The position numbers and the translations under genes were made by a program. The notes under the pieces were generated by a model, which was not told where the DNA came from, searched no databases, and saw only the letters and a program-made list of their open reading frames with translations. 64,000 nucleotides of DNA from Pseudovirgaria hyperparasitica (Eukaryota), in NCBI GenBank assembly GCA_010093815.1, contig ML996576.1; one strand, written 5' to 3'. How positions within the stretch are numbered: the stretch's first letter is position 1; the number at the start of each line of letters is the position of its first letter. Below, one piece after another: positions 26,901 through 36,854 of this stretch.

Positions 26901-27549
26901 ATTTTCGGATAAAGTGGATAGTGCCTTCCTCGAGGGCGGAGTTAAATAGAGAGAATTCCTTTAATAATTCTTCACGTAGTATAGCCTACTACTATTTCTA
27001 AAACCTATCTATTCCTTTAATAGTAGGACGGAGATAGTCCTCGTAGTATAACGGTAGGGAGGTTATCTTCTTATTAGGCGGAACTTTATAGTTTATATAT
27101 ATGTCCTCGTACTTCCGAAGGAAGGCTATAATGTTTATTCCTTTAAAGCGCTCGGGGGCTAGGGTAGGTAGAGATACTATTCTTCCTTATCGCGTAAATG
27201 CTACGAAGAAGTTAAGCATCTCTCTACGAGTTACTAGGTCGTTATTTTAAGCTCCTATCGCACTATTACTAGTAGTAGATATGCTAGTGGAGACGCTAGG
27301 GGTAAGGTTATTAGTTAAGGGATTACCTTAACTAAAGGTTAGCCTAATACGTCTACCTATAACACCTATCATCCCTTCTCTATGTTGATTAATCCCTTTA
27401 TAAGGTGAACTATTACTATCGTCTTCATCGATATAAGGTTCACGGTATCCTACTTATATTATTATCTTCGTATAAGGCGTTCCTAAAGTAGTATACTCGT
27501 GTAGCCGTGTTTATGAATAATAGCTATAGTAGTACTAAATAGGTTATAT
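20956..27549 (-). pseudogene. Gypsy A single gag-pol ORF (~2,200 codons)
   Basis: All checked motifs share one frame: gag ERFKG.N..AFLRKYED (~27105-27153), knuckle CITCGGDHL..RC (~26130-26169), protease LFDSG (~25054-25068), RT, RNase H, integrase. No chromodomain recognised. Ends approximate. Confidence 0.87.
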
Positions 27550-27810
27550 TTGTCGTTTTTGAACTCTTCTTTACTACTTCATCTGGCCCTATTTTATATC
27601 CTATTCCCCTAAGACATTTTCGAGTCGTGCTATTACCCATGTTAGCATACGCATGCTTTTTACGGCTACTTTTAAGAGGCTAGCCCCTAGCAACTCTAGA
27701 CTCCCTGTTTTCTAGACTCGTGGCTTCGATCTAGTAAGTCTAGACTACCTTATTAGGCACGCCATATACTTCCTCTAAGCTAGTTTCGGAGTCCTAATCT
27801 CCCCCTGTAA

Positions 27811-27835
27811 GTTCGTAGTCCGGGTACGACCTCTA
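27811..27835 (-). promoter_or_regulatory. Primer-binding site of Gypsy A, complementary to a tRNA-Gln-like 3' end
   Basis: 4 nt inside the 5' LTR the minus strand reads T(A/G)GAGGTCGTACCCGGA; the + strand gttcg..tccgggtacgacctc(t/c)a resembles the T-arm/acceptor 3' end of fungal tRNA-Gln plus CCA (from memory, not searched). Confidence 0.65.
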
Positions 27836-27839
27836 AAAT

Positions 27840-28211
27840 TATAATGAGCTATCGCCACGTATATCCCTTTTTATAAATAGCTATATTCTTAGTATAGTAG
27901 TCGCGACGAACTCACAAGTATCTCTTCTAGGTATTATGAGTTCTCTTTAAACGCACGACTTCTTATTAGTTCTCTTTTACGATAGGACAGGTCTATATAA
28001 TACTCTCAATCAATTCATTAATAGCTAAGCCTAATAATCAATACCTATAGAGGCCCATGAACGTAAGGAAAGGTTGAATTATCGAATATTAGTGATGGGG
28101 GAAGCGTGTGGAGCAGAATGACCGAGGAAAACGCCCTCCTTAAATATATAATGAGCCATGTAATCGAGCTAGGGACACATACATGTAGGGCTGTAGGAAC
28201 GGCCTTCTACA
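27840..28211 (-). repeat. 5' LTR of Gypsy A copy 2
   Basis: Direct repeat of 16797-17168; starts TGTAGAAGG on the minus strand; followed by the PBS. Confidence 0.93.
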
Positions 28212-28215
28212 ATAG

Positions 28216-28609
28216 GTATATAGTTACCCTCGGTAATATCGCTATATAGCCTTTTCTATTATACCGGTAGGGGTATATCCGGTATATACCGGGGTATATC
28301 GGTGCCTAAGGCCGCCATATTTATTAGTTAAGGGCTACCCTTAACTAATAAAAGGGGGTCGGCGTATTGGCGTTCTAGTAGCGTGGTCCGTGTCTCTATC
28401 TCCGTGAGGATTTTAAGAGGGTATATATATATCTTTATACGGCGATAACGTCTTGGTTTCGACGCTATACGTATATGCGTATAGTAGTAGTTGGTATACT
28501 CGGTATACTCTATCGATTAAGGTATGTATCTCGCTGTATTACCCCGAATGGACCAAGTTAGCCTCTTAGGGATCCTTATTCCTAATATTTTTAATATCTC
28601 TATAGAGAT
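28216..28609 (-). mobile_element. LINE 5' segment (5' UTR and ORF1 start)
   Basis: Lies between the Gypsy A TSD and the second copy of the 19-bp LINE TSD; contains the ORF1 ATG at 28318. Confidence 0.85.
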
Positions 28610-29668
28610 TTCGGTTAGAACTATAATACATAGTTCTTAGAGACTTAGTTTAAAGTAGAACGACCTAATATTAAAGTAATAGAAATTACTATAGAACTAT
28701 TCTAAACGTAAAGAAGCGTTATAAAGTTACTATAAGATACTATGAATTATAGTAAATCGCACTATAATAAGGGTAGAAAACCTATGATCTTTAATGTTAG
28801 GGATAAAGTTTTACTAAATAGTAAGAATATTCGTAGTATTAGGCTAAAGAAGAAGCTTAACTATATAATAATAGATCTATATAAGATTACTCGTGTAATT
28901 AATAACTAGGCGTACGAGTTATAACTCCCTCCTATATTAAAGATATATAATATATTCTATATTACGCTTCTCGAGCTATTTTATACCTTATTATTACCGG
29001 ATTATTCTAAATAGATACTATATAAAGTAGTTACGTAAGAAGGTATAGATATCTATAAAGTTAAGTAGATACTTAGCTAGTAACGCGCCAAAGATAGTAC
29101 GTGACTATATAAAATTCGTTAGAAAGAATATAATCCTAATAAAGATACTTAGGAACCTATAATAAACATTAGTAAAGTAGCGATATTAGTATATAAGTAG
29201 CGATTAGTAAAGGAAGCCGCGGAATCGTAGAGAATTATACTAAAGTACAGCGATTCGACGTTTTTTAGTATAGTTTAGCGCCGAGAACGGCTGTCTAAAA
29301 GGAAGAAGGTAAAAGAGATATAGATCTTTAAAACATTCTAAGGAATTAAGGAACTTCCTTAGAAAGTTCAAACTTAGAACTTTAAAAATTTAACTAAAAA
29401 AGAGACTTAGAAAAATAATTTACTAAGAGAAATAGATATCGAAAATCGGTATAGATCGGTATAGATTACTAAAGAGATTAAAGAAGTTATTATTAAAGAA
29501 AGATAAAATTAAGAAAGCTAAAAGAAAATATAAAGATCTATATAGATCTATATAAACTCGCACTAATCTATCTAGAAGAAGTAAGATCGCTTTAAAATTA
29601 AAACCGAAAAACCAAAAACGCTAGATAAAAGAGATATATTAGTACTAATTAGTATAGATCTAAACTAA

Positions 29669-30650
29669 TTAAGTCGGAGTAGGAGTAGAAGTACTAATTA
29701 CCGCGATAGTTATATCTAATTCCTTCCGCTAGTTCTTATTTAGCATAGTATAGAGCTTTATAATATAAGTCTCTAGCCTTTCGTTCTAACGCTATAAATT
29801 CTATATAACGCGTCTTATAGCTATAAACTCCTCTATAGAAACCTATAGAGCGGCGGGACCCGGGATAGAGAGGGACGGACCGGCGCGGGTATACTAAGAA
29901 TTATATAAATCAGCGAAAAGATTTAACGATTAGTATAGAACTATATACCTTTAGTATAGAAACTTCTAGATTAGAGCTATCTTCTCTAAATTTACGGCTC
30001 TTTAGTATATACGAGGAAGGAACCTTAGCCTTTTTACTAGAACCTTTTCTAGGAATTCTAATATCGCTGGTATATAGAAAGAAGTCCGAAGTGGTAGAGA
30101 TTTTAGTACTATTATAGAGATTAATATATATTAGTAAGAATCTATAACGATTTAAGAAAAACGATATTACCTAGTAATCGCGGTAATAATAGCTATAGTA
30201 GATTCCGATAAATCCTTACGGATCTTATTAGAATCGTACTCCTAGATATAACTCTTACCTTAGATATATAGCTTATAGAAAGCCTTCTCTAAGGCGTTAC
30301 GATCGGTAGTACTACACTTCTTATTAGTAGGGATTACTAGAGGCCTAGTAGTAATCTATACTAATATAAGTAAATCTACGTAAAGTTCTTCGAACTTACT
30401 TAAATATCTATAAGTAATAACGCTTCTTAGTTATATAAGTACTATATATTATAGATTTAGTACTACCGTAAGTAATATATAACGGAAAGCGATAACCATA
30501 ATAATATATAGCTAGATTATTAGAGCCCGGCCTAGGTCGGGGTAGATTAATAGCTTTCGATATATCGGTAACGTATATAAGATAGGGATTATTCGAAGGC
30601 GCCTATTTCCGCGCTAATTACTTTAGAGTATTAAGATTTCAGGAAACTAT
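29669..30650 (-). pseudogene. Antisense, intron-containing accessory gene inside Gypsy B (Cys-rich N-terminus, coiled-coil C-terminus)
   Basis: Introns 29894-29948 (GTATAT..GCTGAT..TAG) and 30109-30170 (GTAATA..ACTAAT..TAG) whose removal restores one frame; probable third intron ~30356-30407; last exon de-RIPs to MEEF..MRRVVQNLQRQNERLE. Confidence 0.6.
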
Positions 30651-31134
30651 ATTAAGATTATTATTAATTTATATAGATTATTATAAATTATATTATTACT
30701 AGCTAAGGACGGTACGAAAATTAGTAAATTACGTAAATCATACTAAATTATAGTAAATCTATATAAATCTATATCTATAAGGATCGGGTGATATACCTAA
30801 TAATCTAAAAAACTCTATAAAGAGTTAAGAAGTTTTTTAAAGAAAGGAATATTTCTAAGAAAAGATTTTAATATAGGTAGTACCCGGGCTTATCTAATTA
30901 TATTACGTGATACGCTAGGCCTAATTAGATAATCTTACCTATATAAGAAGTTAAGATAGATAAAATCTAGTTAGTTAGGAAAACGCTTATATAAATCTTA
31001 GATTAGTAAATATTAGTAAGTATCTAAGACGAAGCGTAGAGAACGACTAAGGTCTTATGAGACTTAGAATAGGGATATAGAGATAGATAATAATCTAGGT
31101 CGCTAAGGGTAGCTTCCTAGAGGGAAGGGATAAT

Positions 31135-31362
31135 TATTAGAACTTAGCCTTAGATAGGACCCGACCTATATATACCTTAGCTAATAGAGTTAGGAGGTAA
31201 CGTAAAGGGCGGTAAATAGTCACATGCTAGATAGATCGGCGTCCCTTTATATATATACTCTTAGATTTCTACCGAAAGAGTTCGGTAGTAATTCGTTCTA
31301 TAATAGAATACACTCTATTATTCTATCTAACTATACTACTATCTAATAACCCTATTCTTACA
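31135..31362 (+). repeat. Probable 3' LTR of Gypsy B
   Basis: Begins tattagaac (RIPed TGT..) directly after the PPT; candidate end attcttaca; partner LTR is outside the window, so the end is tentative. Confidence 0.6.
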
Positions 31363-32795
31363 CTAGGCCTAGTCGCGTTATTTAGCCCTATCGCTAAAAT
31401 ATTAGAGAAGAAATTTAGTGAACGTGTCCTAGTTATAGGTATCCTTAGAATATTTAATTCGGTATACTATCTAACGTTCTAAAGGCGTCGGGTTAAGGTA
31501 GTTCTAGGCGAATCTAATTTTATTACTATCGTTCGTGAATAGATAGAAGAATCAGCTATATTAGTAAGTCTATATATAGAAACTCTTTCTACTTTTACTA
31601 TTAAAGTAAGGTAGTTTCTTAGGTTAGAGTAATTAGGATAGTAGTAGACTAGGATAGATTATTTTAGTTAGTATAGGTCTATATAAATATAGATTAGTTA
31701 TTACTAGAACTAAAGCGCGTAATATAGCTTTAAGTCTTATAGTACGTCCTTAAGCTTCGTCGAGTTCGTATAGTTATTACTTAAGTTAAATCTATTATTA
31801 CCTCTCTTTATATAGTCTAGTATATATATTATTATAAGGTATAGTTAATATTAGATAATTCTAATAGATTAACTCGTTAATATTAATAAGATCTAGCCTT
31901 ATATTAAGGTTAGATCTAGTATAGTTCGAACTAGACTAAGATAGAGTATAATAGACTCTATCCTTGTATTCTATAATATCTTCTATAGTTATATAGAATA
32001 TTATACGAGTTATTAGTATAATAGTCTATAAGATATAGTTATTAGTAGGGGTAGTTATAGATAGACTATTCTCCTCGTTTAGATTAGGAGAAGGTCTACT
32101 ATAAGAGGCGGTACCATGAGTATTATAATAAGTAGTTAGAGCTATTTCTATAAACTACCGTCGTGCTATATAAAGAGAAATTAAAATATAAGGATTATAG
32201 ACGTAGGATAGTAGTCTAATAGATTATAGGAGGATTCGGGAATATATTTAAAAGGGTAGTCTACTCTTCTAATAAGGTTAATTCCTAAAGAGTAGGAATT
32301 AAGTATATACGGCCTACTTATATAGTAGTCTTACTTATTCTAGCTAGCTTACCCTAGGTCTACCTATTACGGACCGTACTAGACTATAGTATTCTAGTTA
32401 AGTCTATTCTAGTGTTAGCCCTAATAATATTCCTCCTTATATATTCTAGATCCTTCTCTTAATTAATAATAGGAATCTTCTAGACCTCTAGATATACATA
32501 TATATTCTATAGCTCTAGTAGTTTCCTTAGAATAGAATAGAGTAGAGTAGAACTCTATAGAACTTATAGATTCTATAGTAGAATCTAATAGAACTCTATA
32601 GAAGTTCATGTTTTCTAAAGACCTCTAGAAGTTTCTAGAGGGTTCTAGAAACTTCTATAAGAGTATAGAGTATTTATATATATAAGTAGATAATATTAGT
32701 AATATTAATTACTAATATTAAGCTATTCCTAATAAGGAAATACCTTATAGAAACTTATTAGATATAGTAGAGGTTAAGTTTATAGTTATAAGGTC
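31363..32795. mobile_element. Heavily RIPed repeat of unassigned class
   Basis: RIP composition continues; clustered short ttctatagaa/ttctagaa palindromic motifs at 32530-32660; no recognisable RT or transposase motif. Confidence 0.5.
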
Positions 32796-33104
32796 AATAA
32801 GGGGCCAAAAACTCAACAACATGTGCGTCTAAATTAGTCTGCTGAGTGGTGCAACGATTCACGGTGGCACTCGATACGTTGTGGAATGACCCCAAAGATC
32901 ATGCTTGTTGATGGCTGTGGTAAGCGGGACATATGAGTTGACGAACATGTGGAGTGTGTGCGTGAGGCATTGGCCCCAGGATCTGGGTTATATATATTGT
33001 GATCGGATGCATATATACTTATAGCATTCGCAGTCGTGCGAACCATCTTACTTATCCTCTCACTATGGTGCAACCCTAGGTCCTTCGTCAAATCATCAAC
33101 ATCC

Positions 33105-34975
33105 TCATTTTGACTTTCTCAGCTCCTCGACCTTCTCGTTCAGTTTTGCTTTCATGTCTTCGAGCCCCATTTGCGGACCGCCTTCCTTCTTCCTCCTCTC
33201 GATCTCCTGTTGCACCTCCTCTATGACCGCTTGAATCTCCTTCTCCGGATCGTCGGGCAGACCTAAGGCTCCAGGTCTCTCTGCACTCTGCGTTCTCTTT
33301 AGTTCCGCGCCCTTGTTTCTCTTCTTGAGCTGCTTCATAAGGTAAACTTTCCCAGGAGAATTTAGGAAACCAAATGAACAAGCAACACCGACGATAGTGT
33401 ACAGGTAGACTCGTATCCACACCGTGAGAGAGGCGTGCATGGTGAGGAGAATAAAAGGTGAGACAGTGAATGAAAATGCTAGTTGGGTAACAAGGTAGGT
33501 TAGGACATCGTAGTAGCGCTTGGACGGGAGTTCTTTTAGGCCGTCTGGTGAGAAGAAGAATGGGCGAACAAGACGACGAACATCTGGTTTTAAAAGTTAG
33601 TACTGTAGCTTCGGTCAGCATGGAAGTAGGACTTACTCTTTGCGATCATTTGCAGGAATGCAGCAAGGACAAATGCCAAGTAGTAACCTGGGTAGAAACC
33701 GTGCCAAAATGCACTTGTTACAAAGGTCGCAAGAGTAGCCCGACTGCCTGGCTTTTTGCCTTTCGGCGTGACACGCAGATACATGTAATTTCGAAGCCAG
33801 TGACTTGTGTTGATGTTCCAATTCCCAAGGTATGCGTGTGCGTTTTGAGCGGTCTCAATATCCCAAGGGCGCACGTTTTGTAGGCGATTCCAGTCGGCAC
33901 GTCCTGTTTTGACATCAACTCCTTTGTAACCTATCCCTGAAAGTATACAAGCTCCTTCTGTCAAGGTCCAGACACCATAATACTTCATTCGAGTTGTAAC
34001 TCCAAGCATATGTAGGATCCATACTCGCCGAAAGAAGTTGTACTTCATGTAGTCCGGACCAAGGAGGAAGTCAGGGTAGTACATTCCCGAAAACTGAAGG
34101 AAGAGTAGAATCCATCCCAGACCTTGAGCCATCTTGAACATTGCGGGTGTTCCACTGCGGGGGATCTTTCTCTTCTTCCGTGTTGGAGGCGCTTTTGATG
34201 GGTCCATTCCAGCTGGAATCTCAAACATCGTGGAGCTGATGTATTTGTGGTACTCTTGGAAGTCAAAGGCTGGGCCGGCCATAAGTGACGGAAAGAAGAG
34301 TACGTATCCCGCGTAATCAAGAATATCAGGTAGCTTTCGAACAGCTCGCTCTTTCTGGAATTCAGACAGCTCGCTTTCGGGTAACTTTCCATCTTGTACG
34401 TTCCAAGCGAACGCAGTAAGCTTCATGACCAGGACCATCTGCGCGCCAGTGATGTCAACGTTCGAAGGCGCGTTCTGAAATTGGCGGTGGAGCTGGTTCA
34501 CCGACATGTGACCCATGATGAAGACAAAGTTGACCCATGGCATATAAGGACTATCAAGATATGCAGACAGAAGGTAAGTTCCAGCAGAGCTTATAAATAG
34601 TGTGCGAAGGCCACTCCAGAGATCGAACAAGCCGACGAGGTAGAAGAGCGCGACGCTATGGAAATATTGAGCACACATCTCTTTGTGGGAGGATATGATC
34701 TACCTGATGATGAACAGGTTCTTTTGCCATGGCTTCTGGTCCGGAATTCGCTTCAGAAGACCAGCCAGTGGATAAGAGATAAGGAAGGATGTGATAAGCT
34801 TCACTGCACAGTTTTAGGGTTGATTGTCAGAGGCAGGGACAGGGACTCTCCGTACGCTCATCAGTCGAAGACCCTATTGCGTTTCCGAGGTATTCGAATG
34901 CTTTACATGCTATCAGTTACGTACTGAATGAGATATTAATGGAGGTAACTTACGGACATTGATATAAGGAAGCAT
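33105..34975 (-). CDS. ALE1: MBOAT lysophospholipid acyltransferase (5 exons)
   Basis: Starts MLPYINVP; exons ~34975-34954, 34900-34856, 34803-34704, 34655-33637, 33583-33105; motifs DITGAQMVLVMKL, WNINTSHWLRNYMYLR, SAFWHGFYPGYY. Confidence 0.93.
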
Positions 34976-35318
34976 TTTTGTGAATTGGATATAGAGGGAC
35001 GGTTGGAACGACTAGAGAAGGTGCTTAGACGTCAGCAAATGATCGAGAGCAGTATCGCCATGATCATGCGAACGTCGGATATCGTAAAACTACTTCTCTC
35101 CCGAGTCCGAGTCGAAACACAAAAGAAATAGACAGCATCCCGCCAAGGTACAAGACCCTGGTGACGTCGTGTCACTTGGTGCGCTAGGAGAAGCTTGGCT
35201 TGGCGATCCAACAACACGTTCGCGAAAGTTGCACCGTGACAGGAGCAACTCCAGTGCTCTCGCGTCGCAACAAGCAAGTCACCCAGACGCATCTGGTCAG
35301 ACCGTCTAAGCTGCAATC

Positions 35319-36854
35319 ATGGCTAGCACCTACAATGTCGAGCCACAGCCAACGGCCAAAGTCCTCCTCCAGACTACGACTGGTGATATTGAGCTCGAGC
35401 TGTTCGCGAAACAAATACCCAAAGCGTCGCGAAACTTCCTGCAGCACTGCCTCGATGGCTACTATGATGGTACAATATTCCATCGACTAGTTCCAAACTT
35501 CGTCATTCAAGGGGGCGACCCAACAGGAACCGGCCAAGGCGGCGAGAGTAGTTTTGACGGCGAGCCATTCGAAGATGAATTCCACAGCAGGCTGAAGTTC
35601 AACAGGAGGGGTCTCTTGGGTATGGCAAATACTGGCAAAGATGACAATGGTAGTCAATTCTTCATTACACTGGCACCGACCCCGGAGCTCCAGAAGACGA
35701 ATACTATGTTTGGACGGGTGGTAGGAGATACGATTTACAATGTTATGAAGATGGGCGATGCGGATTTGGTAGCAGACTCAGATCGACCATTATATCCGCA
35801 GAAGATTACCGGTACGGAAATCTTACTTAACCCTTTCAGTGATATGGTCAAAAGAGTTAGAGTTGCTCAGCGGACAATCGAAGAGAAAAAGGAGAAGAAG
35901 AAACCGAAGAGGAAAGCTGGGAAAGCTCTACTTAGCTTTACTGGGGACGAGGGTGAAGAGGACGTTGCCGTCCCTGTTCCCAAAAAGCCCAAGTTCAATC
36001 CAAAGCTGGTCAGCGGTGGAGGAGAGACCCCCGAGAAATGGAACAACACCTCAATCCCCAAAGCACCTGACGTGCCAAAACCTGCCAAAACTCACGAAAA
36101 GCCAAAAACAAATTCAAAAGCTCCTTTACGATCGCCCACTCCTCCGCCAGATCGCGCAAGGGCAGTCACGCAATCTACGCAACCTCAATCTATCTCCTCC
36201 TCCCGTTCTCCCACTCCCGAGCCTACTCGCAAGTCTGCACTAGAACGCACAAACGAGCAGATAGCAGCGCTTAAACAATCAATGAAGCGCAACACCAATG
36301 TCGTACTAGGAGAACCTAGGAAGAAGTCAGCGCTTGAGGAATTTATCCCAGTGACTGCCACACGAGGTCGAAAGCGGCGACAAGGTGGAGCAGCAGTAGA
36401 AGAGAAGGGCGCATTGGCTATATTAGCAGCTTTCAAATCCAAGCTTGATGCAACACCTGCATCAGCCCCGAGTTCTGTGACAGCCGACCCAGAGCGTGAA
36501 CCGCAGCAGAACGGCTCCGCGAATAACAATGGTAATACTGCAGATGATGATGAGGCACATCTCTGTGACTTACATTTTATTGCGAATTGTCAGTCTTGCT
36601 CGTCGTGGGATAAGGAAGATGCCAAGGACGACGCGGAAGACGATGATGCCAATTGGATGGGACATGCACTGACGTTCGATAAAGACCGATTAGGGAAAGA
36701 CTTAGAATGGAAACGGAAAAACGAAGAGGAACTTGTGGTTATTGATCCTCGAGAGAAAGCCCGGGAATTGAAAGAAGGAAAGAGAGGGCGAGACGATAGA
36801 GGGAATCGAGGGCGAGAAAAAGGAAGCCATAGAGGTGGACGAGACCGGAGGTAG
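35319..36854 (+). CDS. CWC27: Spliceosome-associated cyclophilin-type PPIase
   Basis: 511-aa ORF; FHRLVPNFVIQGGDPTGTG, DEFHSRLKFNRRGLLGMAN, long charged tail with CDLHFIANCQSC. Confidence 0.95.
   Translation: MASTYNVEPQPTAKVLLQTTTGDIELELFAKQIPKASRNFLQHCLDGYYDGTIFHRLVPNFVIQGGDPTGTGQGGESSFDGEPFEDEFHSRLKFNRRGLLGMANTGKDDNGSQFFITLAPTPELQKTNTMFGRVVGDTIYNVMKMGDADLVADSDRPLYPQKITGTEILLNPFSDMVKRVRVAQRTIEEKKEKKKPKRKAGKALLSFTGDEGEEDVAVPVPKKPKFNPKLVSGGGETPEKWNNTSIPKAPDVPKPAKTHEKPKTNSKAPLRSPTPPPDRARAVTQSTQPQSISSSRSPTPEPTRKSALERTNEQIAALKQSMKRNTNVVLGEPRKKSALEEFIPVTATRGRKRRQGGAAVEEKGALAILAAFKSKLDATPASAPSSVTADPEREPQQNGSANNNGNTADDDEAHLCDLHFIANCQSCSSWDKEDAKDDAEDDDANWMGHALTFDKDRLGKDLEWKRKNEEELVVIDPREKARELKEGKRGRDDRGNRGREKGSHRGGRDRR

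Larger units (their letters stand above)
16797..28211 (-). mobile_element. Complete Gypsy A copy 2 (11.4 kb), RIP-inactivated
   Basis: Two 372-bp LTRs with TGT...ACA ends (partly RIPed), 4-bp TSD ATAG (16793-16796 and 28212-28215), PBS, single gag-pol frame, extra ORF, PPT at ~17169-17183. Confidence 0.95.
15436..28318 (-). pseudogene. LINE ORF1 (gag-like, CCHC knuckles), split by the Gypsy A copy 2 insertion
   Basis: ATG GCG GCC at 28318; the reading frame is restored when 16797-28211 plus one 4-bp TSD copy is removed; knuckle de-RIPs to CSNCDGKHPSWSATC (~15712-15756); TGA at 15436. Confidence 0.75.
28610..31362 (+). mobile_element. Gypsy B right segment (integrase C-terminus, chromodomain, long 3' region, PPT, 3' LTR)
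   Basis: Integrase continues from the TSD (F.VGDKVLL at ~28790; YEL.LP...KIHNVFH..LLE at ~28913-28975); chromodomain de-RIPs to YEVEQIL...YKIRWKGY.P.EDTWEP..NI (29051-29170); PPT agagggaagggataat at ~31119-31134. Confidence 0.9.
1..32795. repeat. AT-rich RIP-mutated transposon block
   Basis: Strong TpA excess and CpA/TpG depletion; retroelement motifs readable only after reversing C->T/G->A changes (TAG/TAA for Trp/Gln); almost no long ORFs; abrupt return to normal composition near 32,800. Confidence 0.97.

Noticed and set aside
27811..27835. tRNA gene
   Set aside because: Only a 3'-end-like segment next to an LTR is present, which fits a primer-binding site rather than a full cloverleaf.
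84..28352. Palindromic repeats as a CRISPR array or rho-independent terminators
   Set aside because: Eukaryotic context, copies dispersed kilobases apart with no regular spacers, no cas genes and no U-tract.
1..32795. Alternative genetic code or stop-codon readthrough explaining in-frame TAA/TAG
   Set aside because: Stops differ between the two copies and follow CpA/TpG transition patterns, as expected from RIP.
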